Of a stretch of DNA of 31,979 bases, positions 16,792 through 25,552 are shown piece after piece; position 1 is the first letter of the stretch; each line of letters begins with the position of its first letter. Made by a program: the position numbers and the translations under genes. The DNA comes from an uncultured Deinococcales bacterium (lineage in GTDB: Bacteria; Deinococcota; Deinococci; Deinococcales; JAAFIG01): positions 1-31,979 of the forward strand of contig CAXTKV010000037.1 in NCBI GenBank assembly GCA_964244895.1, read 5' to 3'. A model generated the notes under the pieces. That model was not told where the DNA came from and made no database searches. It saw only the letters and a program-made list of their open reading frames with translations.

Positions 16792-16844
16792 AGTCCCAAA
16801 ACAAAGGCGGCCCGCTTATCGCGAGCCGCCTCGACTTAAACCAT

Positions 16845-18872
16845 TTAGGGTTTGACCTGCGTCACGCGGGTCGCCCAGTTCGCCAGGGAAGCTCGGGTTC
16901 CACCGCAGCTCCCGATCGGTGCGGTCAGGTACTGCGCCAGGGTGCAGGTCTGCGCGATGTACTCGTTCGCCACCCAGATGGTGTTGCCGTCGGTGGCCGC
17001 CGCGCCGTAATCGCCCCAACGCGGACGAGCCACGCCGCTGCCAGCGAAAGCGTTGTAGCCGCTGAAACCGTCCTGCGGCCCCTTACCCAGTTCGGCCACC
17101 TGCACGGGGCCAGCGCCGCGTTCCCCGTCCATGCCAGCAAAACCGGCGCTCGGGTGGTAGTCCGGGCCGACCAGGGTGAAGCCGACCACGCCCTTGCCGC
17201 TCGAGGTCATGGCGATGGCGGGACGGGTCAGGCTGTTGCCTGGAAGGCTGATGTAGCCTTGCCGCTCGACTTCGACCGACAGACCGTTGCGTTTCACTTC
17301 GGGGTCGAAGACGTAGTACGCGATGGCGACCTGACCGCTGACGTTGGTGCCCGTATCCAGGGCGCCGAACAGCTTGCCGTCCACGAAAGAGACCTGCTGC
17401 ATGCGGCTGTCGTTGCCATCGAGCTTCGAGAGCGTCTCGGTGGGCGGTTTGGCCCCCACGAACAGCGCCCAGCATCCCAGTCCGGGTCCGAACGTGCTGC
17501 TCGAGTCGTTGAGGCATTCACCGAGCGGGAAGGAACCGAGTTTCTGCGAAATCCGGGGCGGAACGACGTAGGTTCCCACGCGAACCGTCTTGTTGAGCAA
17601 CCTCAGGCGCGGCGCGCTGGTGTCCAGGCTGCGGGTGTTGGCCAGCGCCCAGGTGATGATCTGATTGCTGACGCCCGTACCTTCGGCCTCCTCTGCCGCG
17701 TTGGAGCTGAGCAAGAATTCGGTACCGCCGAAATCGTCGTCGCTCTTGGTTCGCGGCGAGATCGCGGGCCAGACTGTGAAGCCGGGCTTGCCATTGACCG
17801 CGCCGACGGTCTGGAATTCGACGACGCCGATCGAGGACGCCCCGGAAGTCAGCGCCTTCTTGGAGATGGCGTAGATGTTGGCGCTCTTGTATTCCGGCCC
17901 GAAGAACGAGTATTCGTTGGTGGTCAGGTAAACGCCGTTCTTGTCCATCCCGATGTGCGGGTAATCGCCGAGGCACGGGCCGTTGCCGGACGGGGCACCG
18001 CTGGAATCTTCCTCGAGGCTGCAGCCGTGATTGATCGTGCCATCGGTTCCATCGTTCTGAACCGGCAAGCGGTAGATGCGCCAGCTGCCCATCGGATTCG
18101 AGGTATCGCTGACCGCGATGTCGAGGTGGTTCTTCCCGGTGAAAGCGCCGCTGGTGGGCACGACATCGAGCGTCAGCACGACGTGGAACCAGCGTTTGGT
18201 GTCCGAATCGTAGTGGCAGATCGGGTCGGTGATGAACGGCCCGCGAGCGCCAGTGGCGCGGTTGATGGCCGCCGGGTAGTTATAGAACGTGTTGAGGTCG
18301 ATCACGTTGGAAACGGGGTTGCCCTGCGCGTCATAGATGCGCAGCACGTCGTTGACCGACTCGAGCTCGAAGCCGTTGCCGACGCACAAGGCCTGATCGG
18401 GTGGCTCGAGACTGAACTGGTTGCCGCCGTTTGCGAGGCGCTGGTTGCGGAAGTTGACGCCATCGAAGCTCAGGAGTTTCTGGGCCGGTGCGCCGAGCGC
18501 CGCCATGCCGGAACCCGAAGCGCTGGAACCCACGTCCGCGCCCGCGTAAACGCCGCGCTGTGAGCGGCTGCGGTTGACGATCTGGCGGCCCTGGTGAACG
18601 CCCTGACGCGAGATGCCCTGGCTGACCAGCCCGCCCCCGTTGACGAAACTGCCCTCGTCCCCGAAGCCCGTCGGGAATTCTGGCCACTGGATGGCGTCGC
18701 TACCGACGGTGGACGAACCCAGGCTGGCCGATCCTCCGCTGAAGATCTGTCTGGTGGTTCCATCGATGGCCTGGCTCGAAATATCGAGATTTTGATCCGT
18801 TTTTGTGACGTTGCTGGTGGAGTTGCATGCGGCTAACGCGAGTGCGAGAACAGCCAAATACTGTAATTTCAT
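16845..18872 (-). CDS. Large secreted lipoprotein of unknown function (675 aa, beta-rich)
   Basis: Lipobox LAAC; Gly/aromatic-rich; EPPDQ.LCVG, DP.CHYD...RWF, DYP..G.D, RWGDY; several Cys. Confidence 0.85.
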   Translation of the reverse strand: MKLQYLAVLALALAACNSTSNVTKTDQNLDISSQAIDGTTRQIFSGGSASLGSSTVGSDAIQWPEFPTGFGDEGSFVNGGGLVSQGISRQGVHQGRQIVNRSRSQRGVYAGADVGSSASGSGMAALGAPAQKLLSFDGVNFRNQRLANGGNQFSLEPPDQALCVGNGFELESVNDVLRIYDAQGNPVSNVIDLNTFYNYPAAINRATGARGPFITDPICHYDSDTKRWFHVVLTLDVVPTSGAFTGKNHLDIAVSDTSNPMGSWRIYRLPVQNDGTDGTINHGCSLEEDSSGAPSGNGPCLGDYPHIGMDKNGVYLTTNEYSFFGPEYKSANIYAISKKALTSGASSIGVVEFQTVGAVNGKPGFTVWPAISPRTKSDDDFGGTEFLLSSNAAEEAEGTGVSNQIITWALANTRSLDTSAPRLRLLNKTVRVGTYVVPPRISQKLGSFPLGECLNDSSSTFGPGLGCWALFVGAKPPTETLSKLDGNDSRMQQVSFVDGKLFGALDTGTNVSGQVAIAYYVFDPEVKRNGLSVEVERQGYISLPGNSLTRPAIAMTSSGKGVVGFTLVGPDYHPSAGFAGMDGERGAGPVQVAELGKGPQDGFSGYNAFAGSGVARPRWGDYGAAATDGNTIWVANEYIAQTCTLAQYLTAPIGSCGGTRASLANWATRVTQVKP

Positions 18873-19300
18873 TGGTCACCGCCCTGAGTGAATATGGAGT
18901 GGAAGCTCGAATGTCGCGGCGCGATACCTTTAAATATCACCTCCTCGAGTTCAGGCTTTGACGGGGAAAAATGGGTGGTATCCGGATAGCCGGAACGAAA
19001 CGTTCCGGACGAGAATTCAAACTGAATTGAATGCCGCAACAAAATCCCAGATCGATGCTGAATAATGATTGCCCCGAATCTAGTCCAGAAACTTGAACCA
19101 GGTCAAGTTGTATCGATCGAGAACAGCGATCATTCTGGAATCCGGATGGGCGCGAGTCGGTGAGCGAGCCAACATCGTGTGCGGACAAAATAGGGCGCTT
19201 TGGTGGCTCGAGCCGACATTCTGGTGCATTCTCGGGAACTTCAAAGATCAGCTTCGACCACGATCCGGTGGGCACGAATCAGATCCCGACTCGAGGTGAT

Positions 19301-19717
19301 ATGAAAACTTCAACGAGGCTACTTTTACTGATTGTTGGGTTCTGTGCGGTTCTTCGGGACGCGGGCGCGACGGTGAACCCTGCGAGCGGCATCGAAGGAC
19401 GGGCCATCATCGGCCCGACCTGCCCGGCGGTGCGTGCTGGTGATCAGAAGTGCGCCGACAGACCGTATCGGGCGACGGTCGCCGTCAAATCCTCGGAAGG
19501 GCTCGAGGTGGCGCGTTTCGCGACGGACGCCCGAGGGGAATTTCGTGTTCCGCTCGTGCCGGGTTTGTATTCGATCGTCGCGGTTTCCGGAAGGCGGATG
19601 CAGGTCGTGCTCGCTGGGCGGATGCAGGTCGCGCTGGAATGGCCGAACGATCAGGTTCAGGTCGTGCAGGGCGAATTCACCGAACTCGAGCTGGTGTTCG
19701 ATTCCGGGATTCGCTGA
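19301..19717 (+). CDS. Secreted protein with a carboxypeptidase-regulatory-like/prealbumin-type beta sandwich
   Basis: GAGGTG RBS; signal peptide; GI.G....GPTCP......C, TDARGEFRV.L.PG.Y, DSGIR. Confidence 0.7.
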   Translation: MKTSTRLLLLIVGFCAVLRDAGATVNPASGIEGRAIIGPTCPAVRAGDQKCADRPYRATVAVKSSEGLEVARFATDARGEFRVPLVPGLYSIVAVSGRRMQVVLAGRMQVALEWPNDQVQVVQGEFTELELVFDSGIR

Positions 19718-19879
19718 TGGCGCCGTGCTGAACGCACTTTTTCAGGACTGAACATTCTGCGTGTCAGACGGTGCTCTCGAGAGCATCGCCATCCAGATTT
19801 CTCGTGTTGCAGGAAACCGATTCCGTGCGGTTTCCGCAACATTTTTGATGCACCAAATGATTCGTTACCCGTCTGGCCT

Positions 19880-19927
19880 TCACGCGAACTTCAGCCGGGA
19901 CTCAGGTTTGGGTCAGGGATGACTCAA
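19880..19927 (+). promoter_or_regulatory. 11-bp-periodic TCAG array, site A (5 units)
   Basis: TCAC 19880, TCAG 19891, TCAG 19902, TCAG 19913, TCAA 19924. Confidence 0.7.
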
Positions 19928-20015
19928 CGCATGGATGGAGACTTCCGTCACGCAAGTCAAGCCACGCCGCCCAAGAGGCATCTTGGGCTTCACAAACGAA
20001 TAGGGGGTGAATCTC

Positions 20016-20162
20016 TTGCTCTGGACATTGATTAGTTTGCTCATCGCGTTCTGGTTGATCGGTTTGATCGCGCACGTCGGCGGTGGGTTAATCCACCTTT
20101 TGCTGGTGGTCGCAGCGGTCGTGTTTATCGTGCAATTCATTACGGGCCGTCGGGCTGTTTAA
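20016..20162 (+). CDS. lmo0937-family small membrane protein (48 aa)
   Basis: Translated by hand from TTG: MLWTLISLLIAFWLIGLIAHVGGGLIHLLLVVAAVVFIVQFITGRRAV. AGGGGG RBS; below the ORF-track cutoff. Confidence 0.88.
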   Translation: MLWTLISLLIAFWLIGLIAHVGGGLIHLLLVVAAVVFIVQFITGRRAV

Positions 20163-20224
20163 CCGAACCGTCGTTTGAAGCGATCAGGAATCGCGATCGC
20201 GCGCTGTTTATTCAGGAGGTTGTC

Positions 20225-20482
20225 ATGGTCAACGTCAACGAAATTCGCGAGCACATGATGGTTCACACCAACGGCACCGGCGAGATGAATGGCGTGCGCG
20301 GTCAGCACGTTGGCACGGTCGATCACGTCGAGAACGGCATGATTAAACTCACCAAAAAAGACGCGCCGGATGGTCAGCATCACCTGATTCCGCTCGAGTG
20401 GGTCGAATCCGTCGAGGGTCAAACGGTTCATCTCTCCAAGAGCTTCGAGGACGTGATGATGAACTGGAGGACGCAGGCATGA
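20225..20482 (+). CDS. DUF2171 domain protein
   Basis: IREHM.V....G.HVGTVDHVE...IKLTKKD.PDGQHHLIPLEWV..V; AGGAGG RBS. Confidence 0.88.
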   Translation: MVNVNEIREHMMVHTNGTGEMNGVRGQHVGTVDHVENGMIKLTKKDAPDGQHHLIPLEWVESVEGQTVHLSKSFEDVMMNWRTQA

Positions 20483-20793
20483 TCTCCGCTTTCAGCGAAT
20501 CCAGTTTCAGTGAACCCGTTTTCAGAGAACCCAGCCTCAGTGAACCCAGCCGCGTCCACGCCCCTCAGGGCCAACCGATGGGCGAGCGCTCACTCTCACC
20601 GCGTTACGCGCGTCGGCTGGCGCGCTCTGAAGGCTACTTGCGGGCCGCTAGCCGCAAGTTTTTAGAGGGTACGAGCTTCCGCTCTCCCGTCGAGGCGGTC
20701 GAGTCGGGCGCGAAATCGGTTCTGGAATGGTGCGATTGCCTGGCGCTCGCGAGGCTCGAGTACCGCGTCAACGCGCACCTGTACGGCGAGTAA
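20479..20793 (+). CDS. Hypothetical protein with an N-terminal 5-aa repeat
   Basis: ATGA overlap with the DUF2171 gene; GGAGG RBS; 4 x 15-bp repeat at 20491-20550. Confidence 0.55.
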   Translation: MISAFSESSFSEPVFREPSLSEPSRVHAPQGQPMGERSLSPRYARRLARSEGYLRAASRKFLEGTSFRSPVEAVESGAKSVLEWCDCLALARLEYRVNAHLYGE

Positions 20794-20897
20794 ATCAAGG
20801 GTTTACAGAGAGTTCAGGTTTCACGGAAAACTCGACCCCTATCGCAACGGCTGCACGCTCGAGCCCGAAATCTCAGGCACGAGAAAAGGAGATCGTC

Positions 20898-21137
20898 ATG
20901 AACCAGGACAAGAACCAGACCCTCGGTGAGAAAATCGGCAACGCGGTCGGCAAGGTCAAAGAGCAAGTCAACGAGGTCGCAGATCGCGCCCGCGCCGAAG
21001 GTCACGACGCCAAGGCGGAAGTCACCAACAACCCCGTCGAGCGGGCCGTAGAGAAGGTCAAGGGCGCGGTGGATCGCGTCAAGGCGGACGTGCACCAGGA
21101 CAACGCTGTCAAGCACGACGAGAAACTCAAGCAGTAA
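20898..21137 (+). CDS. Small hydrophilic CsbD/LEA-like stress protein
   Basis: AAGGAG RBS; K/E/D/A/N-rich with no aromatic or Cys residues; GKVKE..., EKVKGAVD.VK. Confidence 0.75.
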   Translation: MNQDKNQTLGEKIGNAVGKVKEQVNEVADRARAEGHDAKAEVTNNPVERAVEKVKGAVDRVKADVHQDNAVKHDEKLKQ

Positions 21138-21155
21138 GCACAAACATCGTTCAGT

Positions 21156-21193
21156 ACACAATTAAAGAACACCGTCCTGGACGGTGTTCTTTT
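21156..21193. repeat. 38-bp direct repeat, copy 1 (contains a perfect palindrome)
   Basis: ACACAATTAAAGAACACCGTCCTGGACGGTGTTCTTTT, identical to 22065-22102. Confidence 0.9.
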
Positions 21194-21292
21194 GTTTGGC
21201 TCTCGCGCTGATTCTCGAGACGAAGCGCGCCGTCGGTGTGGTCGAACGCGAAGCCACCGGAGATCTTCTCGCGCGATGTTCCGACAGCCCGA

Positions 21293-21318
21293 TCAGTCCA
21301 GGTTCAACCGAGCCTCAG
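21293..21318 (+). promoter_or_regulatory. 11-bp-periodic TCAG array, site B (3 units)
   Basis: TCAG 21293, TCAA 21304, TCAG 21315. Confidence 0.6.
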
Positions 21319-21427
21319 CGCCCGCACCATTTCGAAGCGCCACGATGGGGTGTACACACCAGACCGTGGGCGCAGCGCCTTCGCAACACGAGGGCGCGTC
21401 GAGGGTTTGGCCAAAGGAAGGAACACC

Positions 21428-22048
21428 ATGATCACCAACGTCTCAGGGAACACGCTCCGAGGCTCGTACCTCGAGATTCCAGAGCCGAACATCACGCGCT
21501 TTTTGTTCGCCGATACGCGCCTTGCACCGTTGTGGTTGTTGATTCGACTGTACGTCGGCTACGAGTGGCTGATCGCAGGTTGGGGCAAGCTGACCAACCC
21601 GGCTGGCGTCTGGGTCGGGGAAAAAGCGGGGGCCGCCGTGACGGGCTTTCTGGGCGGCGCGCTGAAAAAAACATCCGGCGATCATCCTGACGTGCAGGGT
21701 TTCTACGCCTGGTTCATTCAGCATGTCGCGCTGCCGAACGCGGCGCTCTTGAGTTACCTGGTGACGTTCGGCGAGATTCTCGTCGGTGTGGCGCTGATCC
21801 TGGGGTTGTTCACGGGCATCGCGGCGTTCTTCGGTGGTCTGATGAACGCCAATTACCTGCTGGCGGGGACGGTGTCCTCGAATCCGGTGCTGTTCGTGCT
21901 GGGTTTGCTGCTGGTGCTGGCGTGGCGCACCGCCGGGTACTGGGGTCTGGATCGTTGGGTGCTGCCGAGGATCGGCGTGCCGGGCGCACCGGGGCCGCTG
22001 GCATCCACAGATGACAGCCCGAGTCCTCCGGTGCAGGGGGGCGCTTAA
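21428..22048 (+). CDS. DoxX family membrane protein (DoxD/TQO small subunit-like)
   Basis: RLYVGYEWL.AGW.K, GEILVGVALILGLFT..AAFFG.LMN.NYLLAG..S.NP, AG.WGLD. Confidence 0.9.
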   Translation: MITNVSGNTLRGSYLEIPEPNITRFLFADTRLAPLWLLIRLYVGYEWLIAGWGKLTNPAGVWVGEKAGAAVTGFLGGALKKTSGDHPDVQGFYAWFIQHVALPNAALLSYLVTFGEILVGVALILGLFTGIAAFFGGLMNANYLLAGTVSSNPVLFVLGLLLVLAWRTAGYWGLDRWVLPRIGVPGAPGPLASTDDSPSPPVQGGA

Positions 22049-22064
22049 CCCGACACCGTCGTGG

Positions 22065-22102
22065 ACACAATTAAAGAACACCGTCCTGGACGGTGTTCTT
22101 TT
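22065..22102. repeat. 38-bp direct repeat, copy 2
   Basis: Identical to 21156-21193. Confidence 0.9.
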
Positions 22103-22109
22103 CATGGCT

Positions 22110-22586
22110 TCAGCCCGTGCGCTCGAGGTCGAACAGCGGCAGCAACTCGAGCGGCGTGATCTGGGCGGAAGGTTGAGGCTCGAGTCTGAGCTCCGGGCGC
22201 TCCGGGTCGGGGCGGGCGCTCAGCACGACCCGCATTTGCAGGGCGTGGCGCTCCTGACGGTCGCGTCCGATGCTCGAGCGCGCGTGTTCGAGCGCGATGG
22301 TGGCGTTGTCGAGCGCGTCCTCGGACTCGGTGATCTCGAGGCGGCGCTGGGCGCTCAGGGCGCGCTCTAAGGCGTCGCGCTCTTCTTTGTTCTTGCCCTG
22401 GATCGCGCCGTCGCGGTAGAGCGCGGCGACGGTGTCCTGAAGGGCTTCCTTGGCCTGCGCCAGCCTGCGGGCGGCGCGCCGTTGTGCGACGAAGGCGACC
22501 TCGAGGTCATCGTAGTGACGCCGTGTCGCGCGCAACCAGGCGTGAATTTCCTGTTCCAATGCGTGGTTCACGTTGTTTCCTTTCAC
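22110..22586 (-). CDS. Hypothetical coiled-coil protein
   Basis: Ala/Glu/Arg-rich helical composition; fills the gap between repeats; start may be about 22571. Confidence 0.6.
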   Translation of the reverse strand: MKGNNVNHALEQEIHAWLRATRRHYDDLEVAFVAQRRAARRLAQAKEALQDTVAALYRDGAIQGKNKEERDALERALSAQRRLEITESEDALDNATIALEHARSSIGRDRQERHALQMRVVLSARPDPERPELRLEPQPSAQITPLELLPLFDLERTG

Positions 22587-22737
22587 GGTACGGATCGTGC
22601 AGCCGAGGCTCGAGTTTATTCTCCAGGAATAAACCGTCGGCGTATTACGATTATAGCGTAATACTGGTGAAAAATCCAGCCCTTCGATGAAGGTGCACCA
22701 CCGTCCAGGACAGCTTTTTTAGCGCGCCGCCAAACCG

Positions 22738-22752
22738 TCAGCGACACCTCAG
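22738..22752 (+). promoter_or_regulatory. 11-bp-periodic TCAG pair, site C
   Basis: TCAGCGACACCTCAGTTT, close to site E TCAGCGCATCCTCAGTTT. Confidence 0.55.
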
Positions 22753-22777
22753 TTTCCAAAGCGATACTGATCCCGAA

Positions 22778-23503
22778 ATGCATGAAAAAGACGCGAACCA
22801 GACCCAGAACGAACCGTCCCTGCTGGCGCGCGCGGTCAGCGGTCTGACGGGACTGATCGAACACTTCAAGAGTTCCGGCGGCGCGGATTCGGGCGGTCAA
22901 GATTCGGGCGGTCAAAAACCCGACCCCGAAGACGACTCCGGTGCCATGCAAAGTCTAAAAGATGGTTCCGGGCCAATCTTTGAGCGCACCTACACGGTTC
23001 AATTCACCAGCGACCTGACGCCGGAAATGCTGATGAAAAGCATCAAAGCGAACCTGGCCGATTTCAGCCCGCAGACGCTGGCGGCCTTCGAGAAATCGTC
23101 CGGTCATCCGTGGGCCATGCGCGTCGGCGACGAGTACGCCATCACGATCCTGGGGCCCTGGAACGGCTCCGTGCGCGTGATTGAAAGCACCCCGACGAGC
23201 TTCAGTTTCGTGACCCTGGAAGGCCACCCCGAAGCCGGAACGATCCACTTTCAGATCACCGCAGACCCGACCAGACCCGGCGCGCTGGAATTCCAGATCA
23301 GATCCACGGCCCGAGCCAGGGACGCGCTGGTGCAGGCCGCTTACGGCACCTTGAGGGTCGGTCAGGCCGTCCAGGAAAGCGCCTGGACGACCTTCTGCGA
23401 ACGCGTCGTCGAGGCAGCCGGTGGTCGAGTGATCGGGCGAGTCGAGGTCAGCACCACGGAAACCACACCAGCGGAGGACGAAGCACATGGCTCGAGTGAC
23501 TGA
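22778..23503 (+). CDS. DUF1990-like protein
   Basis: F.F.TLEGHPEAG.I.F motif. Confidence 0.7.
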   Translation: MHEKDANQTQNEPSLLARAVSGLTGLIEHFKSSGGADSGGQDSGGQKPDPEDDSGAMQSLKDGSGPIFERTYTVQFTSDLTPEMLMKSIKANLADFSPQTLAAFEKSSGHPWAMRVGDEYAITILGPWNGSVRVIESTPTSFSFVTLEGHPEAGTIHFQITADPTRPGALEFQIRSTARARDALVQAAYGTLRVGQAVQESAWTTFCERVVEAAGGRVIGRVEVSTTETTPAEDEAHGSSD

Positions 23504-24212
23504 TCCCCTGGTGCGATACCGCTCCCGGCTCGAAGCGCTCGAGGCCGCCAAGTACAACCTGGATCTGGAACGCACCAGCGATTACACCGCCAAGGCGGGC
23601 TGGAACATAGACCAACACCAGGCCGAATTGCCACCGGAAGCACCCGGCGAACCCATCCCCGGCGGCAGCTTCCGCGCCGCGCAACAGATCGTGCGCGAGT
23701 ACCGCTTCCCACCGCCGGATCTGATCACCGGGATTTTCTTGCCTGACCAGCCGCTCGAGACGCGAGTCATGCTGCTGCGAGCACGGTTTTTGGTCTTCAC
23801 GTTCTATTTCGGCGTGCGCATCGGCGGCGTCAAAGACGAGCTGCAGGACACGCCTCAAGGCCAGGAACGCGTCTGGGGCTACAACTACGCCACCCTCGAA
23901 GGCCACTTCGAGCGCGGCCAGATCGAGTTCACCGTTCACAAGAACCTGACTTCGGGCGCAGTCTCTTTTCAGATTCACTCGTTTTCCAGGGCGGGCACGA
24001 TCAGCAATCCGATCTACAAAATCGGCTTCTTGATTTTTGGGCGCGCCCTGCAACGCCGGTTCGCCCGAGAATCGCTGCGCCGCATGCAGGTGCTGGTGCG
24101 AGAGGCGCTCACGCACGGTCAGGCCGTATCCGAAGGCCCGAGCGTGCAACCCGCCAGCGACGACGCCGTGCGCGAAAAGCTCAACGCGGCGGGCAACCCG
24201 AGCGCCAACTGA
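23487..24212 (+). CDS. DUF1990 (UPF0548) family protein
   Basis: WGYNYATLEGHFERGQIEF, F.IHSFSR, R.LQRRF; overlaps the upstream gene. Confidence 0.8.
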   Translation: MARVTDPLVRYRSRLEALEAAKYNLDLERTSDYTAKAGWNIDQHQAELPPEAPGEPIPGGSFRAAQQIVREYRFPPPDLITGIFLPDQPLETRVMLLRARFLVFTFYFGVRIGGVKDELQDTPQGQERVWGYNYATLEGHFERGQIEFTVHKNLTSGAVSFQIHSFSRAGTISNPIYKIGFLIFGRALQRRFARESLRRMQVLVREALTHGQAVSEGPSVQPASDDAVREKLNAAGNPSAN

Positions 24213-24232
24213 GAGGATTCCGTCGGCGAGCA

Positions 24233-24286
24233 GCGTCCCGGACGCGCTTTCTCGAGATCAAACGAAGCCGTCCAGGACGGTCTTTT
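24233..24286. repeat. Palindromic elements
   Basis: GCGTCCCGGACGC ... GCCGTCCAGGACGGTCTTTT. Confidence 0.7.
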
Positions 24287-24304
24287 TGGAATTCCCCGAA
24301 AGGC

Positions 24305-24341
24305 TCAGTCGCACCACAACGCGCGCTCAGTTGCGCATCAG
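24305..24341 (+). promoter_or_regulatory. 11-bp-periodic TCAG array, site D (4 units)
   Basis: TCAG 24305, ACAA 24316, TCAG 24327, TCAG 24338. Confidence 0.65.
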
Positions 24342-24374
24342 TTGCCGGACATAAAACCAGTGCAGGAGGCTGAC

Positions 24375-24788
24375 ATGACAGACGCAGTCAAGGACATCAA
24401 GGACGCCGGTAAGGACATCCGCGAAGCGAGCCGCAACGCCGCGCAGAGCGCAGCCGAAGGCGTCAAGAGCGCTGGCGAACACCTCAAGGATGCCACCAAG
24501 AACGTCCAGGAAGACTTCAAGGACGCCGGGCGCAAGATCACCGAGAACGCCGAAAAAGACTACGATTCGATCAAAGCCGATCTGGACGCCCTGCGCGCCG
24601 ATGTCGCCCAGCTTCTGAAAGGCCTGGGGCGCGATGCCGGAGGTACGGTCGAAACGGTCAAGGAGACCATCACCGAAAAAGCTGGGGACGTTAAAGATAG
24701 CCTCGAGAAGCGCGTCCAGGAGCAACCCCTGGTGACCCTGCTCGGCGCGTTCGGCGTCGGCCTGATCGTCGCACGGTTGATGCGGTAA
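24375..24788 (+). CDS. YqjD/ElaB (DUF883)-like tail-anchored stress protein
   Basis: AGGAGG RBS; ADLDALRADVAQL, V.EQPL.TLLGAFGVGLIVARL C-terminal anchor. Confidence 0.85.
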   Translation: MTDAVKDIKDAGKDIREASRNAAQSAAEGVKSAGEHLKDATKNVQEDFKDAGRKITENAEKDYDSIKADLDALRADVAQLLKGLGRDAGGTVETVKETITEKAGDVKDSLEKRVQEQPLVTLLGAFGVGLIVARLMR

Positions 24789-24791
24789 ATC

Positions 24792-25067
24792 ATGGGATCG
24801 ACTCTGGCTGAACTGGTGATCGGCGTCGTCGAGTTGCTCGAGGCGGAAAGCTCGCGCCTTCAGCAACGCGTGGCGGGTCTGGCCGCGAGCGTCGGGCTGG
24901 CGCTCGGCGCGGGTCTGCTGTTGGTGATTGGCGCGGGTTGGTTGGCCTGGGCAGGTTTCACGGCGCTCGCCAGCGCCATCGCACCCGCCGCTGCCGCCGC
25001 ACTGATCGGCGTGGCTTGCATGATCGTGGCCGGAGGTGTGCTGTGGAACGTGACGCGACGCGCATGA
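24792..25067 (+). CDS. YqjE-like (phage holin superfamily) membrane protein
   Basis: ELLEAE followed by two TM helices; position directly after the DUF883 gene. Confidence 0.65.
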   Translation: MGSTLAELVIGVVELLEAESSRLQQRVAGLAASVGLALGAGLLLVIGAGWLAWAGFTALASAIAPAAAAALIGVACMIVAGGVLWNVTRRA

Positions 25068-25351
25068 AACATTCCGCCGATGCTCGTACAGAGGCCGCCA
25101 AAGCGCGGTTGCGCAGCCTGGGTGCAGAGATTGATGCGGCCATCCAGAAGCCCCTGGACGCCATCCAGCAGCCGCTCTCGTTGCCCGCCCGCTACCCGCT
25201 CGAATCGTTGGGCGTGGCGTTAGCGCTCGGATTGATCGTGGGGCGATCCCCGAACGCGCTGCGCAACGTCGCCGGAGTCGTGGCGGGCCCGGATGGCAAG
25301 AACGCGCAGGCGATCATGCAGACCTTGCTGAACGCCTTCATCAAACCCTGA
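25064..25351 (+). CDS. Hypothetical protein, positional equivalent of YqjK/DUF3618
   Basis: ATGA overlap; YPL..LGVALALGLIVG hydrophobic segment. Confidence 0.6.
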   Translation: MKHSADARTEAAKARLRSLGAEIDAAIQKPLDAIQQPLSLPARYPLESLGVALALGLIVGRSPNALRNVAGVVAGPDGKNAQAIMQTLLNAFIKP

Positions 25352-25552
25352 ATCGAATCCAGATGTGACTGAACTCCGCTCGATTGAGCGGAGTTTTTGT
25401 TCTTGGGCCCGAATCGATCTCACCAAAACGCTTTCTCGAGCCAGACCGCCCAGAGCGGTATTCCCGCCTCGCCCGAATCGTGCGCCCAGAATTCGAAGCC
25501 GTACAGCACAGTGCGAAACTTCACGACCGCAGCAAGCGAATCGTTTACGGTG

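Noticed and set aside
20491..20550. TCAG repeats as a sixth regulator site
   Set aside because: The period is 15 bp and the repeat lies in frame inside a CDS.
20795..20835. TCAG-type array upstream of the CsbD/LEA-like gene
   Set aside because: TCAA, ACAG, TCAG and TCAC are spaced 10, 9 and 7 bp apart rather than 11. It looks like a degenerate 18-bp duplication.
24792..25067. Prophage holin
   Set aside because: The context is a yqjD-yqjE-yqjK-like stress operon, with no endolysin or other phage genes.
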